Below, piece by piece: positions 51,865 through 64,000 of a DNA stretch of 64,000 nucleotides (positions within the stretch are counted from its first letter, which is position 1; each line of letters begins with the position of its first letter). Origin of the DNA: Octopus sinensis (Eukaryota); NCBI RefSeq assembly GCF_006345805.1, contig NC_043008.1, forward strand, positions 38,192,001 to 38,256,000, read 5' to 3'. The notes beneath the pieces were generated by a model. It had not been told where the DNA came from, did not search any database, and saw only the letters and a program-made list of their open reading frames with translations. Made by a program: the position numbers and the translations under genes.

Positions 51865-52011
51865 CCTCCTCCTCCTCCTTCTCCTTCATCGTTATCTTCT
51901 TCTTCTTCTTCTTCTTCTTCTTCTTCTTCTTCTTCTTCTTCTTCTTCTTCTTCTCTTCTTCTTCTTCTTCTTCTTCGTCTTTATTATCATTATTATTATT
52001 ATTATTTTTAC

Positions 52012-52053
<42 letters not shown>

Positions 52054-52080
52054 GATTATTATTATTATTATTATTATTAT
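51865..52080. repeat. (CCT)n(TTC)n(ATT)n compound microsatellite
   Basis: direct reading. Confidence 0.95.
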
Positions 52081-52354
52081 TTTCTTGGACAAAAGAAATA
52101 GGACAAAACTATAGAGCAATTGATAAGTAGAAACCATTACAATCAACAGAAAAAAGAGTGACAAATGTACATCCCGGTTTTACAACTGATATGATGCATG
52201 ATATACATACATATATATATAATTTTGTATTTCCTAAACTCTGAAAAACTATTTCTTTGAAAAGAATGGTTGCTTATCCAAGTTGATTAGAATAGGAAAT
52301 ATTAAAACATGGAACAAAATAGTCTGAGTGAGCATATTTTTTCTTTTCCACTGA

Positions 52355-52397
<43 letters not shown>

Positions 52398-52849
52398 TAT
52401 TATTGTGGTTGTTGTTATTATTATTATCATGATCATTATTATTGTCGTTGTTGTTATTTTCTTGACATGTTGTTGTTGCTATTGCAATTGTTGTTGAACA
52501 TTGTAAATGAATGTCTGGCTGAGTTAATCTTCAGATTTAGAAAATCGTTTTGTTTTTTTGTTTTTTCTTTATTTGTGGGGATGTTGAAGTGGTAGTGGAA
52601 AAAAATAAGGAAGTGAATAAATGGAATTTATGTTTACATGTCTGTGATGCATGCGTGTATGTATAAATTTATATAAATATCTATGTGTATACAGAGTGGC
52701 ATATGTATGTATATATGCATATATGTATACATGTATGTATATGCATATATATCTATCTATATATATATATATATATGCTAGCATGGAAAGCGGACGTTAA
52801 ACGACGATGATGATGATGATGATGATATGTATAGTTATGTATGTATGCG

Positions 52850-53164
52850 TGTGCATTTATAAATTTATGTATATATATATAGATATATATATATATATAT
52901 TCATATATATATAATGTATGTATGCATATATATAAATTCATATATATTATATATACATATTTATATATATATATGTATATATATTTCTATATATATCATG
53001 TATGTATGTATATATACGTATATATGTATATACATGTGTGTGTATATATATATAATATATATATATATAATATATATATATTATATATATGTGTGTGTGA
53101 GTGTGTGTGTATATATATATATATATATAATATATATATATAATATATATATATATTATATATA

Positions 53165-53205
<41 letters not shown>

Positions 53206-53210
53206 GAACA
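52850..53210. repeat. (TA)n compound microsatellite
   Basis: direct reading. Confidence 0.95.
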
Positions 53211-53760
53211 CAGGGAGAGAAAGAGAGACAGTGGGGAGAAAAAGTAAAAAGAAATATTTGCATTGCTTGAATCTAAACATCTGAAAGATTTATGTTGATA
53301 TATAAGGCAAAAAAAAACAACCCAAAAAGACCAAACACAATTACCAAATAAAACCAAAACTAAGAGGAAACAAATAAAGAAAATATACCCCTATCCCCTA
53401 ACCATATAAAATAAATATATAAACGAATAAATAAATAAATGTGCTAAGTTTCTATACTTAGCAAATCATTCTGTCACTGGTTGACCAATTTTTCTGATGT
53501 ATTCCATCTGACAATGCTTACAGTTTAGTTGATATGTTACCTATAACTTATTAAATTAGCTAATTTTACAGTGGCAGTGAAGAAAGCATTTTGCTAAGAG
53601 CTAGTAGACTAACTGAGGCAGCAACATCTACAGTTGTAACTTACTTTCAAAATGAATTCTTAGTTATATGTATGTATATATATATATATATGTATATATA
53701 TTTCTATATATATCATGTATGTATGTATATATATATATATATATTATATATATATATATG

Positions 53761-53793
<33 letters not shown>

Positions 53794-54032
53794 ATATATA
53801 TTATATATATGTATATATATATAGATATAGATATAGATATACACGTGTGTGTGTGAGTGTATATATAGATAGATAGATTGATAGATAGACAGATTGATAG
53901 ATGTGAGTGTATGTATATATATATATATATACACATACATATATATATACATATGTATATGTATACCGGAGTAAGCACATAAATGTGAAACAAGGTGGAA
54001 AAAAAGAGTACTCAAATACCAGAGGTAGAGCA

Positions 54033-54199
54033 ATATGCTTTATTTAAAAGCAGATAGAAATATAACAAAAGCTGTTACTCAGAGTTTCACATTCCCGTTC
54101 GTTGGACAATTTTGTTAACAAAATTGTCCAACGAATGGGAACGTGAAATTCTGAGTGACACCTTTTGTTATATTTCTGGTGCTTTTATATAAAGTATAT
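54033..54199. repeat. About 167-bp spacer-less imperfect palindrome
   Basis: Centre ttttgtt|aacaaaa at 54116/54117; arms roughly 90% complementary. Confidence 0.9.
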
Positions 54200-56811
54200 A
54201 TATACATACATATATATATATATATATATAAAGTATATATATATATATTCTATATTCTGCATTAAAGGAAGAAACAGTGATGAGATAAAATTCTGTGAAT
54301 AATAATAAACCCTAAGCTTATAATCATAAAAACAGGGTGTCATGGGTAAATCGTCACTATTTTATTTTTGTTAATTTCATGCATGCACATTGTCTGTTCT
54401 TGATACACAGTATAGTAGGGTTAGTTGGGTACCATTTGTGAAATTGCTGGCCTTATGCCCAAATTTGAAACTATTATCAAAGACTAGCAGAATTAGACAA
54501 GTGCTCTTGAAGCCTATAACAATCAAGCAACTAAAACCAGTTTGAATATATTACTGTAAATAATGAAAATCCTCATCTCAGAAATTCAGACAAATATCTA
54601 AAAATATTGATTCAGGCACAGTTAATTTTTATCAAATAGAACTTTGGTTATAGGCATTCCAGTTGTGACCATTATGCCTTTTTATACATCTGGGTCCACA
54701 TTATCTAATGTATCCTTTATTTAAGACAGTAGGAAGAGATTTGGCTTACTTACTGAAAAAAGGGTTCCCCTTCATTGGAGTGAAGTGGTTGGTTTTAGTT
54801 ATAATTCTGGTGAGGGTGTTCATCATTATGAAAGTGTTGTTTTTGATTATCGCTAATAAAGAAGACCTATGATGAAAGGCATTCCAACCATGACTATCCC
54901 ATCTTTTTTCAGATGTACTACATAACATGATGTAACCATCTGTGTTTCTTTTAAGATGTCATGATATGGTCTGAATTGCGAATTGGTTGCTACATAGAAG
55001 TTCCTTCCATATAGAAACTCCTTCATTGACCCATGAAAATACTGGTGTAGCAATATGGGTGAAGAATGTGGGGAAGACAACCATGACAACAGCAGCTGTT
55101 CAAGAATTTGGACCTGGAGATCTCCATTTCCAGTGACTTCGAGGGCCACCTCCCAGTGGTGTCGGGCGTCAACGAAGAGCCCTCAACTACAAGACAACCA
55201 AAGTTTTTTTTTTCCAAGGTCTGGAGTCTCCCACCTCTAAGCCCTAGACCATCATCTAATCACCCTTACCCGTCTCGTGGCTTAACAACAACAACAACAA
55301 CAGCAGCAGCAGGAAACTTTCAAAGAACATTAAGAACAAAAACAGGTTTGTATATCTAGCTGATAAAGAAGAGAGAGAAGGAGACACTGAGAAATAAGTT
55401 AATGAAGAATAGATAGATAATGCTAAGATGAGAGAGGTAAGGTGGCATGCTGTGTGACTAGGTGAAATTGTATAATCCATGAGAAATGATGGAATAGAAA
55501 GCTTAGATTGAAATGAATTATTATAACAGTAGCAAATTAATCATATTTGAAGAACCTTCTCATTAAAGGCATAAAGCATTATTTTAAATTATTTATTTTT
55601 GCATTTATAAAATTAATTTCTCTATTTAGAAGAATATAATCACACGAGAATGGATTATAAATTAAAATCCCAGAATGATTTAGATGACGAGCACTATTCA
55701 TAAAAGTTATCAGAAATAACTACTGAGTATAAATTTCTTCATTAAGATGTGTCAGAATTAACTTTGAAGAATAATGATCAATTAGGGATAATGAGACTAA
55801 AGTTATTATTCAGTGACAATATAGCACCGATTTTTAAGCAAAGAAATTAAAGATAATTAATAAATATTGTAGTGCACGTTGAGCTTCCATAAATCACAAA
55901 ACCAGTTAAGAATTTCTGTAGTATTCTAGAAAGAAGAAAGCTATTGCTTAAATGGGCAGCAGATTTATTAAATATATTTGTCAAATTACAGAAAAGGAGG
56001 CAGAAAAAAACTGTTATCATTGAAGTAAAGCGGATGTCATAATACATAGGTAAGCATTGGTTTGTAAATGATTATAGGGAGGGAAAGCAAATGTGAGGAA
56101 ATGGTAAACTAAAACCATTCCTCATCATCACCATTATTATTACATCCTTACCATTTCTGAGGAATGACAGAAAGTGGAGAGCGCTAGTCAATATTGTCTT
56201 ACATTCTGAGTTGAAATCCAGTTCTGGTCAAATTTGTCTTTTCTTTCATTCTTCTATGGTCAATAAAATAAAAACTAGTTTCCTGGTTGAATCAAATGAA
56301 ATGTCTAAACCCTTTACTACAGATTGGTATCTTTGTGCTGATGTAAGAAATCTTCATTTTTATTATGATTAAGTTGGAGTAACAGAAATGTTATGGTGCC
56401 AAGCTATGCATGTCATTGTATTTAATTTTGTTCCTCTGCTCTGAATTCAAATCCTAGTGGAATGAATTTGCCTTTCATTTTGTCAGGATCAATAAAACCA
56501 GTCCCAAGAATATACAGGTGTTGATCCAATTTGCTGCACACATTCCTTTCAAATTTGTCCTTGTACCAATGTAAGAAATAAGGGCAAGGAATTGGCAAAT
56601 ACAACAGGATATCAAAAAAATACATCATATGTTATAATCATGTAATTTTACATTCTAAGATTAATACCCAAAAAGTTTGACTTTTGCTTTCATCCATCTA
56701 GTAAATTAGAATACCAGCAATATATTGGACTCAATTTAACCAACTGTATTTCTGCTCTATAAAAATTGGCTTCTGCTTTGTCAAAGACATTGCTGTTATT
56801 TCATGCTAATT

Positions 56812-57000
56812 TAAGGCAGTGAGCTGGCAGAATCATTAGCATATCAGACAAACTGCTTAGTGACATTTCATTTGTCTTTATATTCTTGAATTCAGATTCC
56901 ATTAGGATTTTCTGTGCCCTTCATCCTTTCAGGTTCAATAGAATAGGTACCATGACTTATCCCTCCCTTGAAACTTGCTGGTGCCAAAATTTGAAACCAT
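56812..57000 (+). mobile_element. SINE family A, diverged (further remnants at 56168-56345 and 56425-56580)
   Basis: aaggcagtgagctggcagaatcattagcat...cttcatcctttcagg. Confidence 0.8.
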
Positions 57001-60000
57001 TATTTGAAACAATTATTTCATGCTAATTACCAAAGTAAGTACCAAAGATATGATATTACGGGAGAATCTCACAAAAAGTTGTATTCCTAAAATATATGAA
57101 GTCAGTGAGATTTCGTTGAATAATGGGAACAAATAACTGACAAAAGAAAGACAACAAATAGTTTTTCCTTCATCTTATGTGTTATAGAATAGTAAGTAAT
57201 CTTTTACTTAAATAAGTCTGTGATCTTCTATGTTACTGCTTGACTGATTAAAAGAGAACAAAGTTCTGAAATAAACAATTTAAGAGTAAAACAAAACAAT
57301 ATATTTTTTGTCTTCCTACTTAATTGATAGTTATATTAATTGAAAAATGAAATATGTCAAATCACCTGTGAATGCAACCTGAGATCTTTTAGACATTGGT
57401 TCGTTTAGATTTCATTATCAGACACATTGAAAATAAAACCTGAACACTGGCTCTTTATAGTTTCATGTGCTACATTCTTGGAAATAATCTTCAGTAAATA
57501 ATCTTCAGGAAATAATCTTCTGTAGCTTTTATTTTAATGCTGGCAAGTCTTTTGGGTAAATAGTGTTTTTGTTCTTGGAGGTAAATACAAGAAGTCATTC
57601 CAAGAGACATGTGCTAACCATTTGTGGAATTGTCAATATAGTCAGTCATCCATTTAAAAATAGCAGCCAAATTCCACAAAAGCTAAAAATAAGGAAGGAC
57701 AGGTTTGCCAGTATAACTGTAAATATGCAAAAAGATTAGACATTTCATGGCTGGAAAGCCATTGATGACAGACTTGCTTGCTCTGAGCTGGTTTGGTGTT
57801 AAACAACAACAACAAAAACACCTACCACCAATGAAATGTTAAGACCTTTTAAGAAAATTATTTAAAATAACTGTCAAATGCAGAATGTCTGAGACCAAAC
57901 GAAGCAAATTATTTGACTTCTTAGAATATACTGTTATATTAATAGAAAAATATTTCAGTATTTTAGAATATCTGTATGATACATTGTTAGAAGATCTACA
58001 CAGCTTAAGTAAAATATCAAAAAGCAAACTGAGACCAAGTTAAGCAATTAATTTGTTTGCTATCTCAGGTTATACAGTAAGAAAAAAAAAACAAAAACAA
58101 ATTGTAATTTAATCAGAAATTCGTTATTTAGCTAAATTACTTTGTGCAATTAATGTGATTCAGCACTCTCAAACGTCTCTCTGTCTGCCTGACTGGATGT
58201 ATGTAAGTATGGCTGCCTCTTTGTCTCTGTCCCTCTGTCTCTCTGTCTCTCTGTCTGACTGTCTCTCTGCCTCTCATTTTCTAGCTTTACTTAAGAGGTT
58301 AGATTTTTCTGTTGAAAATCAGATAATTAAAAAAAAGTCTATTTGTAGTAGTTACTGCTTTAATTGCTTAATTATTTATTTTTGTTTAGTCAGTGCAAAC
58401 TGTGTTGTCAACTCACACTAGAGAGGATAAAAGAAAAAAAAACATTTAACGAAAATAATAAAGAAAACATATATATATGTATGTATATATTTGTATGTAT
58501 GTATTGTAAAAGAGTAAAAATCAAAGACAGACAAAGATAGAAATCAACATTATCACAACATGTTTATACCAATAAAAAATAATGTGAAAAGCTGACAACA
58601 GCAACTGTCAGACTGTAGTTGATGAGGGGTGAAATCGAAGTAAATAAAATAAAATAAAAAAAAAACTGTCTGGAGAAGTATTTGTCTAATATGAAATATA
58701 AATCAAAATAGAAGATAAGTCTCAAAACAGAACCAAACACATACAAGATATTTTTGGTAAACTCACATTGAAAACAGATATAATTAGAGAATTGAAGAAG
58801 CAAGTGGGTTAAGTTGTTTTTTAAACTCAGTTCTATTATTATTATTATTATTATTGTTGTTGTTGTTGTTATTGTTATTATTACTAATGGGAAAATGATG
58901 TAGTAATGATATAATGATGAGAACCTGAAAATAATGTTTTAATTCATGTAAATGGTGGTAAGGTGATGTAATAATAATTTTGACATATAATGTCATTCTG
59001 GAGAGTTTTTCAGTCAATTGCCATAACTAACAAAGAAATTTCTTCCGCATAGCTTATTCTCTCCCAAATGGTTGCAAATCTGCTTCAGAAAGAGAAGAAA
59101 CACTCTGTTTGTACTTTTGTATCAGATTGTATTACATGTGATATATTATGTGTGTATAAGTGCTAAGGTTTGCCTCTGGTTCTTGAGAATATATGAGCAG
59201 GAACATCAGCTATTGAGATTATAATTGTTCCCTTCTATTGAGAAAGTATATGACAAATAAAGTAGTCTATGAAAGACCAATATAATAATAATAATAATAT
59301 GCTCTTTGAAAAAAAGAGAAAAGGAAGATAAATAGTTTGCAACATACAGAATGTGGTGAGAATTTAGCAAACTTCAATTAAAGGTAATTCACCTTTCACA
59401 ACTGACCTATGTGTGTCTGCAAACATAGTATTGCATTGGTAATGATTCAAGTCAAAAGTCAAATTTCATGAGACAAGAAGGAATTGGCAAACAGAATAAA
59501 AGAGAAAGTTAAATCGTGGAGTAAAAGAGGGAATAAAAGAAAGCAAAGGGACCAGATTCCGTTGTGTTAAGAATGTAATAATGCTTTATCAAGCTGCATC
59601 TGGGATTAACTATATATTTAACTAGATAGCAGCTGATGGACTATTAAGACATGCAGTGAAGAGCATTTCGCAAGATGTAAATTAGTTATATTACTGTTAA
59701 AGGTGTGAATGTTGTAGGCTATTTGTTAATGTGATTTTATGCTTGAATATTGTCAAGTGCATAAACTACTGAGCAATGAGATGATGCTGATGAAATTAAT
59801 TTTACTTTCACAAAGATACAAGCATGAATGTGTGGTTAATAAGTTTGTTATACAACCGTGTGGTTTTATATCTTAGTGAGTCAGAGGTTTGGTTAAGTGT
59901 TTTATACTATAGCCTCGAGCCAACCGATTCCTTGTGAGTGAATTTAGTAAAAAGAAAAGAAACTAGGATGCTCATGAATCTCTGTGTATGTATGTATGTA

Positions 60001-60329
60001 TGTATGAGTGTGTGTATGTATGTATGTATGTATGAATGAGTGTGTGTATGTATGTATGTATGTATGAACGTATATATATGTATGTATGAATATGGTGCAT
60101 ATGTGTATATGTGTCTTTGTTGTGTCTGTGCAAATGTGTGTGAATGTTGATATCCAATGGATACCCTTGTCATTGCTTGAGCAAAACAATGACATGATGC
60201 TTGCATTCTTTGACATGTTGAAGAAATTATCCCTTATTTTCAAAACAGGTTGGAGTTAATGACAGGAGGAGTACCTGGTTTTAAAATTCTGCCTCACATA
60301 AGTCCTTATTTTACCTATGCTTGCATGGA

Positions 60330-60745
60330 AAAAAAAACAGACAGACATAACATGAACACATGTTGCAAGAATATCTTAAGAAAGTATTTCTGAACAGATT
60401 TTACAGGCAAAAACTAACCAGCAGGGGGCCCAGGTTGTTAGTTTTGTCGTGGATAACAACTGTGTATTTGCTTGGTCTCAGTTGGGGACCCAATCAGATC
60501 AACTGGAGATGGTGGCATGTGACAGGATTCTATGGAAGGTTTGCTTGAATATTCTGCTTTAACAACTTCTCAGGAATAAGCAGTCAAAGGAGATGAAGAG
60601 GAGATGATAAAAGGAAGAAATGAATAAATGGAAGCTAAACATTAGTGAGCATTGGAATTCAAAGACAGGGACAATGTTTTGAAGAAAAATAGTTGCTTTG
60701 GTTAAAAGAACTATTTGCATCACATGGAGATGAGATGAGAAGAAA
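60330..60745 (+). mobile_element. Highly decayed RTE-like LINE 3' end
   Basis: Broken C..ILR..., QQ.GP, caactg.agatgg..catgtgac (QLRW.GHV-like) and KG.RRG..RK.W-like segments, ending in gatgagatgaga. Confidence 0.45.
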
Positions 60746-61544
60746 TTGGAGCAGTGACTCAGAAGGGCGACAAATTATGAATTGCTTGGTCACAACACAC
60801 ACATATATATATATGTATATGCATATACATATATGTCTGTGTGTATGTGCGTGTATCCACAGACATAGTCACTACACACACAACGCACAAATACACACAT
60901 GTACGCAAACACACAGATGACAAGTGCAATGAACTATCCAGATTGAAGCCACTGTGCAAACAGCGAGTTTAAAAAAAGAGTCAGGGTGGAGAAGAAGGGA
61001 AGTGGTAGACAGGTTAACGGTAAACAAAAAAGGAAAAGAGGAAAGAGAGACAAAAAGCATACAGTATGAACATCGATGGGGTGAAAGAGGGTTAGAGGTT
61101 GTCAGGTGAAAGGCGAAAGTGTCAGAAAGACTGAAGTTTGGTTTCTACTCTGGCTCCAACAAACAAGAGACAATAACTCTTTCAGATGACATAAGCCATA
61201 TTTGTTTTGTTAATAGTTACAGATTCGTCTTCTCTTTACTAACCATCCTTACCCATCCCCGTTTCCATGTGTCAATAACGATTTCTACGCATTTTATTCT
61301 ACCATCCTTAACCATTTTGTTTTTTGATTTCTCTTATTTAAATTTTATATGACTGAATACTTAAAAGGCTACAATTTTTATTTTATTTTATTTTATTGTA
61401 TTTTATTATATTTTATGTTTTATTTTATTTTATTTTTAAACAAGATCAACATTGATAATATTTCTAGATCAGTTAATTTATACATGATTGATCATAGGAC
61501 ATTGCTGACAGGAAATATTTAACTTACTTATTGTGCCATTAGTA

Positions 61545-61556
61545 ATAATAATAATG

Positions 61557-61616
<60 letters not shown>

Positions 61617-61640
61617 CTGATAGCAATAATAATAATAAAG
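61545..61640. repeat. (AAT)n microsatellite
   Basis: direct reading. Confidence 0.95.
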
Positions 61641-62431
61641 CACTTTCTCAAGCATGAAGCAAGGATGACGATGATAAATAGATAAATTTGGATTTTGTGC
61701 TTTTAATTCGATTTTGTATTGATTTTAAAAATATTAAAAAAAACAAAAATAGAAAAGGAAAAATAAAACCACTTCTTAGCTATCACTAACTTTCTTTCTG
61801 GTTTCTAGTTTTGTAAGTTTAGGCAAGTAGACTCATCATAAATCAAATGTCTTTTTAATAAAGAATTATCTACAAGGTTAGATATATTGTCAAGTAATAT
61901 TTCACAACTTATGATTGCTTGAATTTTGCTTCACTTTTAGGCTGATAAGTATTACAAATATTTACTTTGTTGAGAGAGAATGAGAGAGCAACAAAGAACG
62001 AGAAAGAGAGAGGGAGAGAGAGAGATGTGGCTAAAATGGTAGAGTGTTATTTGCATTACACAATATATAGTTATTTCCCCTTTATGTTCTATGTTCAAGT
62101 CACATGAGAGACAACCTTACTTTTCCTCTTTCTGGGTAGAAGACAATAAAATAATTTCATGTGTGAAGTGGGATGGAGGTCAGATAAGGACAACCGTTTC
62201 TTTCTGGTTACCTTTTCAGGTGACCTGGTATCAGTTCCAAATACTATAAGGTTGCTCCCTCCTCGTTATCATCGTCATCGTCAGCATCATCATCATCACC
62301 AACACCACCATCACCATCATCATCATCATCATCATCAACATCATCATCATCAACATCATCATCATCATCATCATCATCTTCATCATCATCATTATCACTT
62401 TTGCATTCAGTTTTCCATGCTGATATACGTT

Positions 62432-62660
62432 AGGTGAGAATACTAAGGCAGAAATGTTAGCATGCCAGGCAAAATGCTTAGCGATATTTCATCCGTCTTT
62501 ACGTTCTGAGTTCAAATTCCACCAAGGTTAGATTTACCTTTCATCCTTTAAGAGTCGATTAAAAAAGTATCCGTCAAGCACTGGAGTCGATGTAATCGAT
62601 TTAACTCAACAACCCCACACCAAAAGCAATTACTGGCCTCGTGTCAAAATTTGAAACCAA
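62432..62660 (+). mobile_element. SINE family A
   Basis: gcagaaatgttagcatgccaggcaaaatgcttagcg...acgttctgagttcaaattcc...tttcatcctt. Confidence 0.85.
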
Positions 62661-62709
62661 TATTTAGGCATTATTTTATTATGACTGCATGAGCACGTTT
62701 ATGTTTAAA

Positions 62710-62993
62710 CATATATATATATATAATATATATATATATATTATACACAAATATATATACATATATATATATATATACACAATATATATACATATATATA
62801 TATATATAGATGTAAATACATATATATATATATAATATATAATATATATATATATACAAATATATATATAGATGTAAATATATATATATATATACAAATA
62901 AAATATTATTAGAGACAAAACCACTATTTTGCAAAACAAACAAGGAAAAACTTAATCAATACATAAATTTTAATAAATAGTCAAAAAAACCGC

Positions 62994-63089
<96 letters not shown>

Positions 63090-63097
63090 TATACACA

Positions 63098-63128
<31 letters not shown>

Positions 63129-63148
63129 AATATATATACATATATATA

Positions 63149-63230
<82 letters not shown>

Positions 63231-63260
63231 CTATATACATACATATATATATATAATATT
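62710..63260. repeat. (TA)n-dominated microsatellite block
   Basis: direct reading. Confidence 0.95.
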
Positions 63261-63919
63261 AGAATGCTGAAATTGCTTTGATTTCCAGTTGGTAACTGAT
63301 GAAAGGATCAGACCAGACTTTTGCATGTCCAACCAGACTGTCTTTTCATATTTCCAGTAAAAACAACTTGTCTATTTCTAAATTGGTTTTTGCAATACAA
63401 GTGTGTGTGTTTGTGTGTGTGTGTGTACATAATATACATATACACACACATATAGTAGTACTAGGAGGATGAAGAGGAGCAGCAGGAGCAGCAGAGGCTG
63501 CAATAGCATTTTGTTGTTGGTATTATTGCTCTGGCCATAGTCAGCTCTAACTGGGAAAATCTCTGATCAAAGCTTTCCAACTGTGTACATCTTATCTAAT
63601 TTTTTTTGCTTCAAGCATAGTCTGTCTAAGGCTTCCCACTCTGAATTAACATTCTTTCATTTATTTTTATAAAGATTAATAATATATAATTTAATGGTGA
63701 TTCATCTGCTATTTCTCGCAGGTCAAGTAACCTCATTGATGTGAATATTTGTAGTTTTATACAGAACTATATTTAGATTCCTATGATTTAGTATTTATTT
63801 CAAATAGTACGTTTTTAGTACAATGTTTATAGTCCATTATTTCATATGAAATAATAATAAACTTATTCAATTCAAATACATTTCAGAAGAAGGAAAAGTC
63901 TAAAGAATAAGAAGAAGGA

Positions 63920-63992
63920 GTGGCTGGTGGTGGTGGAGGAGGAGGAGAAGGAAAGGAAGAAGAAGAAGAAGAAGAAGAAGAAGAAGAAGAAG
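63920..63992. repeat. (GGT)(GGA)(GAA)n compound microsatellite
   Basis: direct reading. Confidence 0.9.
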
Positions 63993-64000
63993 CTAGAAAA

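Noticed and set aside
54853-55149. 98-aa minus-strand ORF and a possible zinc-knuckle-like CGEDNHDNSSC on the plus strand
   Set aside because: The ORF's 3' part is family E repeat sequence; the knuckle lacks proper CCHC spacing
55649-56049. 133-codon frame interrupted only by TAA, suggesting TAA=Gln (ciliate-type code), readthrough or editing rescue; similar at 15656-16060
   Set aside because: The TAA count is about what AT-rich random sequence gives, two different frames at 15.7 kb look equally 'open', and host SINEs are interspersed; no support for a recoded or foreign segment
60407-60538. Apparent 132-nt exon (AKTNQQGAQVVSFVVDNNCVFAWSQLG...)
   Set aside because: Better explained as part of a decayed RTE-like 3' end (QLRW.GHV-like and RRG..RK.W-like remnants)

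Overview
AT-rich (roughly 30% GC by eye), microsatellite-dense eukaryotic genomic DNA. The interspersed repeat families look like those I recall from Octopus (coleoid cephalopod); this is an inference, not a database result. No prokaryotic features (operons, CRISPR, rRNA or true tRNA genes) are present, and almost all ORFs in the supplied track are artefacts of simple repeats. The securely supported content is mobile DNA. It includes at least two tRNA-like SINE families in many copies, RTE-clade LINE fragments (one with an intact RT C-terminus at 35988-36449 and a hierarchical tandem array in its 3' UTR, others decayed), and R4/Dong-like restriction-endonuclease LINE 3' ends stacked inside (AAT)n tracts. 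It also includes TTAA-flanked piggyBac-like MITEs, spacer-less palindromes, and a 3-copy repeat carrying a degenerate Penelope-type minimal hammerhead-ribozyme-like motif. Several splice-site-bounded, phase-compatible candidate exons occur on both strands (best chain: + 8504-16297; also - 43625-44224 and - 16435-16942). None translates to a protein family I recognise, so they are low to moderate confidence. I see no convincing wholly new system. The most interesting signals are the ribozyme-like motif, the palindromes, microsatellite-targeted retroelement stacks and possible orphan genes.
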